Source of the DNA: a virus
Reading direction: 5' to 3' (one strand)
Length of the DNA stretch: 64,000 nucleotides
Virus record (IMG/VR): IMGVR_UViG_3300023174_000071
Location: 1 to 64,000 of that record
The notes under the pieces are model-generated. The model saw only the letters and a program-made list of their open reading frames with translations. It was not told the DNA's origin and ran no database searches. Positions 55,948 to 64,000 of this stretch are shown here, one piece after another (position 1 is the first letter of the stretch; each line of letters begins with the position of its first letter). A program made the translations under genes and the position numbers.

Positions 55948-56523
55948 ATGCAGAAAGATCGTTACTCTGAAGATCGAGTGATAGAAATTAAGGGTGAGAC
56001 AAAAACTCTTACCGTTAAAGATAATGTTACAGTTCAGGAAACTCTTTCTGCATCTAAAGTTGAAGCTACAGATGCTTCTCAGCCATCAACATTTGCTGGA
56101 AATGTAACTGTTGGTGGCGCTATTAATGCAAATTCAATTGAAACAACCTCCGGAGTTACAATCGGTGGTGCCGCTGCTTTTTATGGAAGTCAAAAGTGTA
56201 AAACAAAACGATTGACCAGTTCTCCTTATTCAGTTGCGGACAGTGATTATTTTATTGTTTGCTCAGCAAATAATGCGACTATAACTTTACCTTATTCCGG
56301 ATCTTCTAGAGTTTTTATTATAAAAAATCATACAAGCACTGCTCTAACAATTAATGCTGGTTCACTTGGTAGTCGTGATAATGATATATATTCAGGAACA
56401 AGCACAACTGGAAGTAACAATTATACTTTGGCTGAATATAAGAGTGTTGTAATTATTGGAACTGCGAATCTAAGTTTTTCTGGGAGATCTGGGACAGATT
56501 ACTGGATTGTTAGCTATCTATAA
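55948..56523 (+). CDS. putative virion fibre/structural protein
   Basis: T/S/G-rich beta repeats; SPYSV..SDYFI...TITLP...FIIKN. Confidence 0.6.
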   Translation: MQKDRYSEDRVIEIKGETKTLTVKDNVTVQETLSASKVEATDASQPSTFAGNVTVGGAINANSIETTSGVTIGGAAAFYGSQKCKTKRLTSSPYSVADSDYFIVCSANNATITLPYSGSSRVFIIKNHTSTALTINAGSLGSRDNDIYSGTSTTGSNNYTLAEYKSVVIIGTANLSFSGRSGTDYWIVSYL

Positions 56524-56689
56524 GATTTATACTGTGCAATTTTAAATATATTCGCATTAATACTTGTTTTCATCTATTAATATTCCTATCATCAGGAGAA
56601 TGCATAAGCTTTTTCTATTGGACGAACTTGAAACGCTTAAGCAAATTAAAAAGCGCTGATTCCTGCTGCCATTCTTTTGGGAGGAAGAT

Positions 56690-57019
56690 GTGGCAAACTC
56701 CATTAAAAATGGAGAAAATAAAGATCAAGTACCAAATTCATTTTGGTGCTTGTACGATTATTTGACACACAGCGGAAAGTTTACTTCTATAGTTAGGGTG
56801 ACATATATTCGATTTAGATTAAATAATTCAAACTTATGGATTGATTTTTTTGAGAAAGATCATAAAGTAAAATTGGGAGAGGATTTTAATCCAGCACCTG
56901 TTATAAATGATGTTCAGCTATACAATACAAAAAATATAGATTTATTTGAGTTTATATCAAAATGCCCAAGAGACATTGCGATAGATTTATTATTCTTTGT
57001 CAATGAATTTTCTGAATAA
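56690..57019 (+). CDS. hypothetical protein
   Basis: GGAGG RBS, GTG start; ends CPRDIAIDLLFFVNEFSE. Confidence 0.6.
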   Translation: MANSIKNGENKDQVPNSFWCLYDYLTHSGKFTSIVRVTYIRFRLNNSNLWIDFFEKDHKVKLGEDFNPAPVINDVQLYNTKNIDLFEFISKCPRDIAIDLLFFVNEFSE

Positions 57020-57036
57020 TATTGAGGATATGAAAA

Positions 57037-57360
57037 ATGGCGTTTCAAAGAATTCGAGTTAAAATTCCGCACCAGTTAATTGGCTCTGGGGAGCACTTAT
57101 CTGAAATGCATCCAGAGCAATACTTTTTAGATGAGATGGGCGATCTTATTTACTGCCTATACGCAAGAGGTATGACGCCCGAAGATATCGCAAAACATGT
57201 TTCAAAATACGAACCCGATTTCCCGGTTTCTCGTGTAAATATGTTTATCACATTAGCGGACAGAAAAGTTCTATGGCTTTTAACCGGCGAAGTAAATCGT
57301 AATAAAACTGAAGTTACAAAGAAACTTGCTCGCTTAAGAGAAAAAAAATTTAAACTATAA
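57037..57360 (+). CDS. hypothetical protein (possible HTH)
   Basis: LYARGMTPEDIAKHV. Confidence 0.6.
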   Translation: MAFQRIRVKIPHQLIGSGEHLSEMHPEQYFLDEMGDLIYCLYARGMTPEDIAKHVSKYEPDFPVSRVNMFITLADRKVLWLLTGEVNRNKTEVTKKLARLREKKFKL

Positions 57361-57368
57361 TAAAGGAT

Positions 57369-57620
57369 TTGCGAGTGAAACAGGAAAAATTAAAAAACTC
57401 TATCGCTCGCAATTACTTTTTGCTAACCAGTCAGGAAGGTTCAGGGGTAGGCAGAACTTCGATTCGTCCAGGGGTTTCAGATTCGGGCGACAAGGTTTTT
57501 GTTATTGCACCTCAAGAATATGTTGAAAGATATATTCAAAATAATCAGAAGTTGCTAAGTCAATATGGAGAAGATTGGCTTATTCTTTTAGCTATTCAAG
57601 ATTGGATTGCCGGAAAATAA
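57369..57620 (+). CDS. hypothetical protein
   Basis: 83 aa ORF in a + strand run. Confidence 0.55.
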   Translation: MRVKQEKLKNSIARNYFLLTSQEGSGVGRTSIRPGVSDSGDKVFVIAPQEYVERYIQNNQKLLSQYGEDWLILLAIQDWIAGK

Positions 57621-57683
57621 TAATCCAAAAGACTTGACGATAAAATAAACAAGGTTATTATCTTCTATAAATTAGGAGAAGAT

Positions 57684-58037
57684 ATGTTTGATTTTGTCGG
57701 ATCTCCAATTTTTGGATTAAAGAATAATTCGCCTCAACTTATTGCCCTAATGTTGAGGGACTTGGCCTCGGCAATAGAGTTGGCCGGAACAACAAGACCT
57801 GTAATGGTTGCGGCTATCGATCCGGTCGGTGAGAATATAATTTTTTATTCATTTAATTCTTTAACCGGACAAATCAAAACAACATCAACTCATCTTCCAA
57901 AAGCCTCTTCACCTATTGCAATGGATGTTATTGCTGAATCAATAGCTAAGGCGACCTTAGAAAAGTTGGCAAAAGGTGAAAATGCTGTCATAGCATGGGA
58001 GTTAACAAACTTTCTTTGCGACTTTTCAAAAATTTAA
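57684..58037 (+). CDS. hypothetical protein
   Basis: AGGAG RBS, TTGACG promoter upstream. Confidence 0.65.
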   Translation: MFDFVGSPIFGLKNNSPQLIALMLRDLASAIELAGTTRPVMVAAIDPVGENIIFYSFNSLTGQIKTTSTHLPKASSPIAMDVIAESIAKATLEKLAKGENAVIAWELTNFLCDFSKI

Positions 58038-58048
58038 AGGGATTAATC

Positions 58049-58981
58049 ATGTTAAATGTTAAAGTATTGTTAACTGCTTTCTTAGTTTCTTGCACAGGAC
58101 TATCCGTAGGAATTGGAAACGAATATCAAGTTACTCGTCAAGACACAGACCAAGAAGATTCTGATGTTGTCGTTGAGGATACAGATGATTCCGGTGTAAC
58201 TCAGCCGGATTACACGGGGTTAATTGGTGGGGTTATTCGATTCTCTTCCATTCAATATGGTTGCTATGAGTGTTTTACAGATTCCACGGGGCCATTCTCT
58301 GTTTCTGGCGTTCTAGCTTTTCATGAGCCTGTTCACCAAACTTGGAATGATTGGATTCCTTCTCCCGGAACTTGCACCAATTATTTAACGCAAAATGATC
58401 CGGCAACCCAATTTTTAGATTTAGGTCAAAAGGTAGAGATTAATGTTGGAAGCCGATATCTTCCATTTTCTAGAAATTATACAAACGGAACCACTCAATA
58501 TAATTTCTCAAGCACAACAAATTTGGACTTTCAGTACGGTGCAAGCTATAATCTAAATGTTTATCCAAATTCCACGACCGACGCATTTCAAATTAACAAT
58601 GTATTTGTCACACCAGAAAGATTAAATATTACGAATCCAACCCAGTTGATGAATCCATTCTCATCAGCTTTCGCTCCTGTTGTTTCAAAATCAGGAACAA
58701 CGATTTCTTGGACACCGTCAGGTTCGGGATACTTTTTCGTAATTTTAGATGTCTATAGTGAAGATGGCTCAACTTATCTTGGCGGCGCTTTGTGCGTAGA
58801 TAATGATGATGGAAGCATTTTTATTGACCCATCTGTTCTTGGAAGTTTTTATCCGGGCTCATTAGTTGGCGTTTATATGTATCGCTATCGCTTGACAGAA
58901 ACGGTAAGACCAGATAATGGAAGCACACTCCAGTCTATAACTCAGGTAGGGTTAGCTGGGACTGCAACTCTAAATTATTGA
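58049..58981 (+). CDS. lipoprotein with Asp/Thr-rich linker and beta-rich body
   Basis: MLNVKVLLTAFLVSC lipobox; DTDQEDSDVVVEDTDDSG linker. Confidence 0.75.
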   Translation: MLNVKVLLTAFLVSCTGLSVGIGNEYQVTRQDTDQEDSDVVVEDTDDSGVTQPDYTGLIGGVIRFSSIQYGCYECFTDSTGPFSVSGVLAFHEPVHQTWNDWIPSPGTCTNYLTQNDPATQFLDLGQKVEINVGSRYLPFSRNYTNGTTQYNFSSTTNLDFQYGASYNLNVYPNSTTDAFQINNVFVTPERLNITNPTQLMNPFSSAFAPVVSKSGTTISWTPSGSGYFFVILDVYSEDGSTYLGGALCVDNDDGSIFIDPSVLGSFYPGSLVGVYMYRYRLTETVRPDNGSTLQSITQVGLAGTATLNY

Positions 58982-58988
58982 GGTCAAA

Positions 58989-59552
58989 GTGGTTGAGCAA
59001 AAAGAGAAGAAAGAACGAATTAAGCATGATGCATATTTCACTCCAGAAAAACTCGCTAAGCGTTTAGTTTCTCTTCTGCCTATTGATTCTCGCCATAAAG
59101 TTCTTGAGCCCCATGTTGGCGGCGGTGCTTTTGCTTCCGCCATTAAGGATACCGGAGCGCACCTTACAGGTTCTGATATTCAAGAAACCTCAGCGGGGTT
59201 TGAAATCTGTGATGAAAAGATTGTATGTAATTTCCTTCATCATGATTACCAAAATAAGTTTGATTTCGTAATTGGAAACCCTCCATTTAATGATGCGCTG
59301 GATCACGTTCAGCGAGCGCTAAGTCTGACCAAATCAACAGGGGGTGTTGGATTTTTGTTGCGAATTGGATTCTTTGCATCAATTTCACGTTTTGAATTTT
59401 GGCAAAAGCATCCAGCAAAGAAGGTTTGGGTTCTAGCTGAGCGCCCATCTTTTGCTCACGGAACTACTGACGCTCAAGAATATGCTTTCTTTTATTGGAC
59501 ACCCGGTTATAAAGGCACTACAGAGATTGAAGTAATCCGCTGGAAAGATTAA
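58989..59552 (+). CDS. N6-adenine (amino) DNA methyltransferase
   Basis: DAYFTP, VLEPHVGGGAF motif I, IGNPPF motif IV, RPSF. Confidence 0.88.
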   Translation: MVEQKEKKERIKHDAYFTPEKLAKRLVSLLPIDSRHKVLEPHVGGGAFASAIKDTGAHLTGSDIQETSAGFEICDEKIVCNFLHHDYQNKFDFVIGNPPFNDALDHVQRALSLTKSTGGVGFLLRIGFFASISRFEFWQKHPAKKVWVLAERPSFAHGTTDAQEYAFFYWTPGYKGTTEIEVIRWKD

Positions 59553-59567
59553 AAAAGGATTAATAAA

Positions 59568-61820
59568 ATGTTTACTGAAGAAGCACGAATCGCCCTTAGT
59601 ACAGCGCTTGAAAAAGCTAGGATTATGTGCCATGAGTTTGCTGCAGCAGAACATATTCTTTATGGCCTGCTTTCTTCTCCTACTGTAGAGGAGATTTTTA
59701 AAGCATGCGGCGGCTCAATTGAAGAAATCGAAGAACTCGTTGAAGTTAATCTAAATGTTAATGAAACGCTTGACGTTGACCCCCGGCGTTATGAGCCCGA
59801 ACAAACCGTCGCTTTTCAACGAATTATTCAGCGAGCAGTTCTTCATGCAAAGAGTCTAAGCCGAGAAGTTGGCTGTGATGATTTGCTGGTTTCGCTGCTA
59901 AGTGAACAAGATTGTCATGCTGTATTTATTTTGGAAAACCAAGGTGTTGACCGCCTTGCTGTAACCTCTTATCTATCTCAAGGTAAGAAGAAAAAGGCAG
60001 CAATCAAGAAGGGTAAGAAGAAAGAAGCTGCTATGTCTGGAGGGGATGATGCTTCCGTTTCAGATGACCCTCTAGCTACTTATGCTGCAAATCTTAACGA
60101 AAAAGCTAAGGCTGGAAAGATTGATCTTCTTATTGGTCGAGAAGTGGAACTTGAGCGAACCGTTCAGATTCTTGGTCGCCGCAAGAAGAATAATCCAATT
60201 TTTATTGGAGATCCCGGTGTAGGTAAAACTGCAATCGTTGAAGGTCTTGCTCTAAAAATTGTCTCCGGAGAGGTTCCGGATGCCATTAAGAATTGCGTTG
60301 TTTATGCTCTGGATATGACGGCGCTACTTGCGGGTACAAAGTATCGTGGTGATTTTGAAGAGCGTCTAAAGGCTGTAATGAAGCGTCTGGAAGAGGATAG
60401 CAATTCTATTCTTTTTATTGATGAAATTCACACCTTGGTAGGTGCTGGTTCAACTTCGGGTTCAACGATGGACGCCGGAAATATCCTAAAGCCAGCGCTA
60501 TCTTCTGGAAATCTTCGCTGCATTGGCTCAACAACGCATGAGGAGTTTCGTCAATCTTTTGGAAAGGACAAAGCGCTTGCTCGTCGTTTTCAAACCATTG
60601 ATGTTGTTGAACCTTCGTTGGGTGAAACTATTCAAATTCTTTTTGGCCTTAAGAAAGGTTACGAAGATCACCACATGGTTTCTTATACCAATGAGGCTGT
60701 GGAAGCTTGTGCTAAGCTTGCAGCGAAGCATATTACAGGTCGATTCCTTCCAGATAAGGCAGTCGATGTAATGGATGAAGTTGGTTCAGTATCTCGATTG
60801 AAGGGAATTAAAGTTGTAGAACTTTCTCACGTCGAAGAAGCTGTAGCCAAGATTGCACGAATCCCTGCCAAGTCAGTATCTTCTGAAGATAAGGATAAGC
60901 TAAAGAATCTAGAAAAAGATCTTAAGTCTGTAATCTTTGGTCAAGATAAGGCTGTAGAGTCGGTGGTTACGGCAATTAAAATGTCAAGGGCGGGTATCGG
61001 TTCAGCTACAAAGCCTATTGGAAGTTTCCTATTTGCAGGACCAACGGGTGTCGGAAAGACGGAGTTGGCGAAGCAGCTTGCCTATCAGCTTGGCATTGAG
61101 TTTGTTCGATTTGATATGTCAGAATATATGGAAAAGCACGCTGCGGCTCGTTTGATTGGCGCTCCTCCGGGATACGTCGGCTTTGAGCAGGGCGGTTTGC
61201 TAACAGATTCTGTTCATAAAAATCCACACTGCGTATTGTTGCTGGATGAAATCGAGAAGGCGCATTCTGATTTGTTTAATCTATTGCTTCAGGTAATGGA
61301 TCACGCAACCCTTACAGATAACAATGGTCGCAAAACAGATTTTAGGAATGTTATTGTGATTATGTCATCCAACGCTGGTGTTCGAGAAATGCAATCTCGT
61401 AATGTTGGCTTTTCTCAAATTGCAACGCCATCAAAATCGGGAGATGCTTTGAATCGAACTTTCTCTCCAGAATTCCGCAACCGTCTTGATGCAATCATTT
61501 CATTTAATTCTCTAGATGAGGCTTCTATCTTGCGGGTTGTCGATAAGTCTATGTTGGAATTAGAAGCTCAATTGCTAGATAAAAACATCACGGTAACCAT
61601 GACCGATGAAGCTCGAAAGTTCTTTGCCAAGGAAGGATTTAAGCCAGAGTTTGGAGCCCGAGAAATGGGTCGAGTTATTCAGAGTCATGTAAAGCGACCG
61701 TTGGCGGATATGATTCTGTTTGGCGATCTAAAAGACGGCGGCAATCTTGTTATTGATTTTGTTAATGAGCAAATTGTTTTGCTAACTCAATCGTCTAATG
61801 TTGAAATGGCCGAAGCATGA
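59568..61820 (+). CDS. clpA: ATP-dependent Clp protease ATP-binding subunit ClpA
   Basis: Clp N-domain, [42 protein letters not shown]; no middle coiled coil. Confidence 0.96.
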   Translation: MFTEEARIALSTALEKARIMCHEFAAAEHILYGLLSSPTVEEIFKACGGSIEEIEELVEVNLNVNETLDVDPRRYEPEQTVAFQRIIQRAVLHAKSLSREVGCDDLLVSLLSEQDCHAVFILENQGVDRLAVTSYLSQGKKKKAAIKKGKKKEAAMSGGDDASVSDDPLATYAANLNEKAKAGKIDLLIGREVELERTVQILGRRKKNNPIFIGDPGVGKTAIVEGLALKIVSGEVPDAIKNCVVYALDMTALLAGTKYRGDFEERLKAVMKRLEEDSNSILFIDEIHTLVGAGSTSGSTMDAGNILKPALSSGNLRCIGSTTHEEFRQSFGKDKALARRFQTIDVVEPSLGETIQILFGLKKGYEDHHMVSYTNEAVEACAKLAAKHITGRFLPDKAVDVMDEVGSVSRLKGIKVVELSHVEEAVAKIARIPAKSVSSEDKDKLKNLEKDLKSVIFGQDKAVESVVTAIKMSRAGIGSATKPIGSFLFAGPTGVGKTELAKQLAYQLGIEFVRFDMSEYMEKHAAARLIGAPPGYVGFEQGGLLTDSVHKNPHCVLLLDEIEKAHSDLFNLLLQVMDHATLTDNNGRKTDFRNVIVIMSSNAGVREMQSRNVGFSQIATPSKSGDALNRTFSPEFRNRLDAIISFNSLDEASILRVVDKSMLELEAQLLDKNITVTMTDEARKFFAKEGFKPEFGAREMGRVIQSHVKRPLADMILFGDLKDGGNLVIDFVNEQIVLLTQSSNVEMAEA

Positions 61821-62005
61821 CAAAAGAAGAAATTAACGATCTTGCCATTCTGATTAAAAATCTTAAGAATAGCAAGTGCATCAAAACATCATTGGAGCAA
61901 GATTTGATGGATAAATGCGAAAAGTTAATTTTGAAACTTGAGCAAACAGAGCAGGAAATAGCAAGGCTGCGTCGTTCGATCTGATTGGCGCAGTAAAATG
62001 AGTAA

Positions 62006-62278
62006 ATGAGAATTTACCCAGAAGAGCAGAAGAGTTTTTGTAAACTTTATCTTCCAAAGGATAAGGTTGCGGGACTTTTCTGCTTTCATCTTTATTTAAA
62101 AGAATTTGCTGAAACTGACTTTTCGTTTCATCTTTTTCCAAGAAAAAATTTTAGATTTTTTGGTTACCAAAAAAGTTGGTACGACGGACCAATTTATGAA
62201 TTCGGCCTTGGGCCGCTTTTTCTTTTTGTGATTATTTCAGGCAAAGGCTTTAAGATTTTTGGAAAGAGTTTCTTATGA
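62006..62278 (+). CDS. hypothetical protein
   Basis: FGYQKSWYDGPIYEFGLGPLF. Confidence 0.55.
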   Translation: MRIYPEEQKSFCKLYLPKDKVAGLFCFHLYLKEFAETDFSFHLFPRKNFRFFGYQKSWYDGPIYEFGLGPLFLFVIISGKGFKIFGKSFL

Positions 62279-62499
62279 AACTGTTTCAAATTTTTCTTAT
62301 TCTCTTTGCATTTATTTCTTGTGAAAGCGAGCCTTATGTTTCACAAGATTGCGCTTCTCGATGCAGACCTCATCCTTATGTTTTAAGAAGCATAATATTC
62401 AAAAGTGGTAGACAGTTGGAAGTCTGTCTTTGCAGAGATGCTTCTGGTAAGTTAGACTTCCCAAGTGAGTTCGTCTCTGGTAAGCAAATACCAAAATAG
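62275..62499 (+). CDS. small Cys-rich lipoprotein
   Basis: Lipobox FISC; CASRCRP...VCLC, similar Cys pattern to 18598-18933. Confidence 0.65.
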   Translation: MKLFQIFLILFAFISCESEPYVSQDCASRCRPHPYVLRSIIFKSGRQLEVCLCRDASGKLDFPSEFVSGKQIPK

Positions 62500-62510
62500 A
62501 ATGAGAAAAT

Positions 62511-63101
62511 ATGCAATTTAAATCAGAAGATATTTTTATATCAGAACTAGATAGGCTTTGGGGCAAAACAGAGCCTTGGATTGTTATCCATCAAAAGTCT
62601 AGAAATGAAAATATTGTATTATCCCCAATGCAAGTTGATTTCTTAAATCAAACGCTTCAGAAGATTATTGCCTCATCTGATGAAGCAGCAAATGAGGAGG
62701 TAACTTGTCTTTTAAGCTCTACAAATTGGCCTCCATTAGATAGGCCTAGCGATAAATATAGAGATACAGAGGCTTTATCTTTTTTGATTGCTTCGGAGTT
62801 TGTCATACCCAACCATGTAAGTAACGAAGGAGTTGTTGGGTTATACATTCAATGTTCAGGGGTTTTTCGTCACGGTCCTGATTTTGAACCTATGCCTGCT
62901 ATTAGTTTTTCGGACGAAGGCGACGATCCATTTTGGGAGTTTTATCACCTCTGTCAAAAGTATAATTTTGATGGTTTAGTAAAGTGGTGTTCTTTAAAAA
63001 GAAATAAACTGCCATTAGATTATTACAAACACATGTTGAAGAAAAACGCTTGGTGTGATAGGCTTCAGAAAATAGAAGATTTAGAAAACCAAAAGGATTG
63101 A
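62511..63101 (+). CDS. hypothetical protein
   Basis: 196 aa ORF. Confidence 0.7.
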   Translation: MQFKSEDIFISELDRLWGKTEPWIVIHQKSRNENIVLSPMQVDFLNQTLQKIIASSDEAANEEVTCLLSSTNWPPLDRPSDKYRDTEALSFLIASEFVIPNHVSNEGVVGLYIQCSGVFRHGPDFEPMPAISFSDEGDDPFWEFYHLCQKYNFDGLVKWCSLKRNKLPLDYYKHMLKKNAWCDRLQKIEDLENQKD

Positions 63102-63104
63102 ACA

Positions 63105-63407
63105 ATGAGCACTAAATGTACAATTGGATATGGTAAAAAATATCATCTCTTTGAAGAGATTTTTGATTCAGAGAAGGTTTGGATTCAGCTTGACTCTAAT
63201 TCTTTTAATGCTCAACTTACAAGTTATCATAACGAACCTAGTTTGGTGGTAGGTATCGATATCGCTACTTGGAGAGATATTGTAAATGCTTGGAATAATT
63301 CTTCTTGGGCAAAAGATTTAACGAGAGATTATTCTAAGTCAGATGTTGAAGAGTTTTTTAGCATTTTTGATAAAATTAAAAAAGACAAACCATCTGGAGA
63401 AGAATAA
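63105..63407 (+). CDS. hypothetical protein
   Basis: MSTKCTI.YG..YHLFEE motif. Confidence 0.65.
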   Translation: MSTKCTIGYGKKYHLFEEIFDSEKVWIQLDSNSFNAQLTSYHNEPSLVVGIDIATWRDIVNAWNNSSWAKDLTRDYSKSDVEEFFSIFDKIKKDKPSGEE

Positions 63408-63662
63408 ATGTCAAGCCCATTTTGGTTATCTTGGACTGTTGCCTTTTTGTTTTACTTTATGATTTCACTGTCGGCAGCGATTGCTTCAGTTCTGATTAAT
63501 CAAAAAAGAAATACAGAAGCAACAATACTTCTTCTCTTTATTGTTGCAGATATTATTATTGCATTTTATCGATCTCCAGATTTGTGGATCCCGCTTCTTT
63601 GTGGGTATGGCTTCATTTACCTCCTAAGCGTTATCCTTCCAGCAGGTAAAAATGATGAGTGA
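63408..63662 (+). CDS. small membrane protein
   Basis: Three hydrophobic segments. Confidence 0.6.
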   Translation: MSSPFWLSWTVAFLFYFMISLSAAIASVLINQKRNTEATILLLFIVADIIIAFYRSPDLWIPLLCGYGFIYLLSVILPAGKNDE

Positions 63663-63861
63663 AAAAATTCCAGGATTAATTTCGATTACCGAAACCCCTA
63701 GCGGCTTCATTTTTGAGATTGATGACGATAAGATTTCCGAATTCTATTCCGCATTTGGATTGGAGGTCGGGGATTCCGCTGGGTTTCAAGAGGTTTTAAA
63801 CCAAGCGATTGAAAACTTCCTAAAAAGCTATGAGGAGAATAAAAATGAACGAGAAGAATGA
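63652..63861 (+). CDS. hypothetical protein
   Basis: 69 aa ORF. Confidence 0.55.
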   Translation: MMSEKIPGLISITETPSGFIFEIDDDKISEFYSAFGLEVGDSAGFQEVLNQAIENFLKSYEENKNEREE

Positions 63862-64000
63862 TAAATATCTTTGTGAAAAATATCCTTTAATTTTTAAAGA
63901 TAGAACGCTTGCCGATGATCGTCAGACGTTGATGTGCTACGGATTTTGTCATGGCGATGGTTGGTTAAATATTCTTGATACGCTTTGTGATGGAATCCAG
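63845..64000 (+). CDS. hypothetical protein (partial, runs off the window)
   Basis: MNEKNDKYLCEKYPLIF...MCYGFCHGDGWLNIL. Confidence 0.6.
   Translation, partial: MNEKNDKYLCEKYPLIFKDRTLADDRQTLMCYGFCHGDGWLNILDTLCDGIQ

Noticed and set aside
1-64000. Stop-codon reassignment, as seen in some large phages
   Set aside because: Conserved genes are full length in code 11 and end at TAG (trxB), TGA (clpA, purB) and TAA; no suppressor tRNA is present
1-64000. Eukaryotic giant virus or cellular chromosome origin
   Set aside because: Shine-Dalgarno sites, sigma70 promoters, overlapping start/stop codons and lipoboxes are bacterial-type, while orphan density and isolated housekeeping genes argue against a chromosome; not formally excluded without hallmark genes

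Overview
This 64 kb window is AT-rich and gene-dense, reads in the standard bacterial code, and most resembles part of a large (jumbo/huge) bacteriophage genome. The signs are many short orphan ORFs, sigma70-type promoters with GGAG ribosome-binding sites, scattered tRNAs, free-standing endonucleases and isolated host-like genes, with no ribosomal or core cellular operons. No capsid, terminase or polymerase gene lies in the window, so the phage assignment is an inference. Recognisable genes include trxB, trxA, purB, tdk, tilS, clpA, Hsp20, a DRB0094-type RNA ligase, a metallophosphoesterase, a GT2-TPR glycosyltransferase, a MoxR/vWA-zincin pair, a radical SAM enzyme and a DNA methyltransferase. 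There are four tRNAs with a normal cloverleaf (Ser-GGA, Arg-UCU, Thr-UGU, Asn-GUU) and an IS607/TnpB element that splits a small gene at an exactly reconstructable site. The most unusual observations are: (1) a rewired, D-arm-less CAU tRNA-like gene with Ile identity elements directly upstream of a minimal TilS; (2) at least nine unrelated proteins sharing short terminal helical tags, mostly ending in K-x-A, a candidate virion cargo-targeting and cleavage system whose cargo includes a NUDIX plus ADP-ribosyltransferase fusion, an RNA end-healing enzyme and a mini HsdS-like domain; (3) a ~355 nt multi-junction structured RNA apparently co-transcribed with tRNA-Ser; (4) a tandem array of highly diverged paralogues sharing a C-terminal 'ELKxFLxxNLxxF' motif. 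All family assignments come from recognising motifs by eye; no database search was run.
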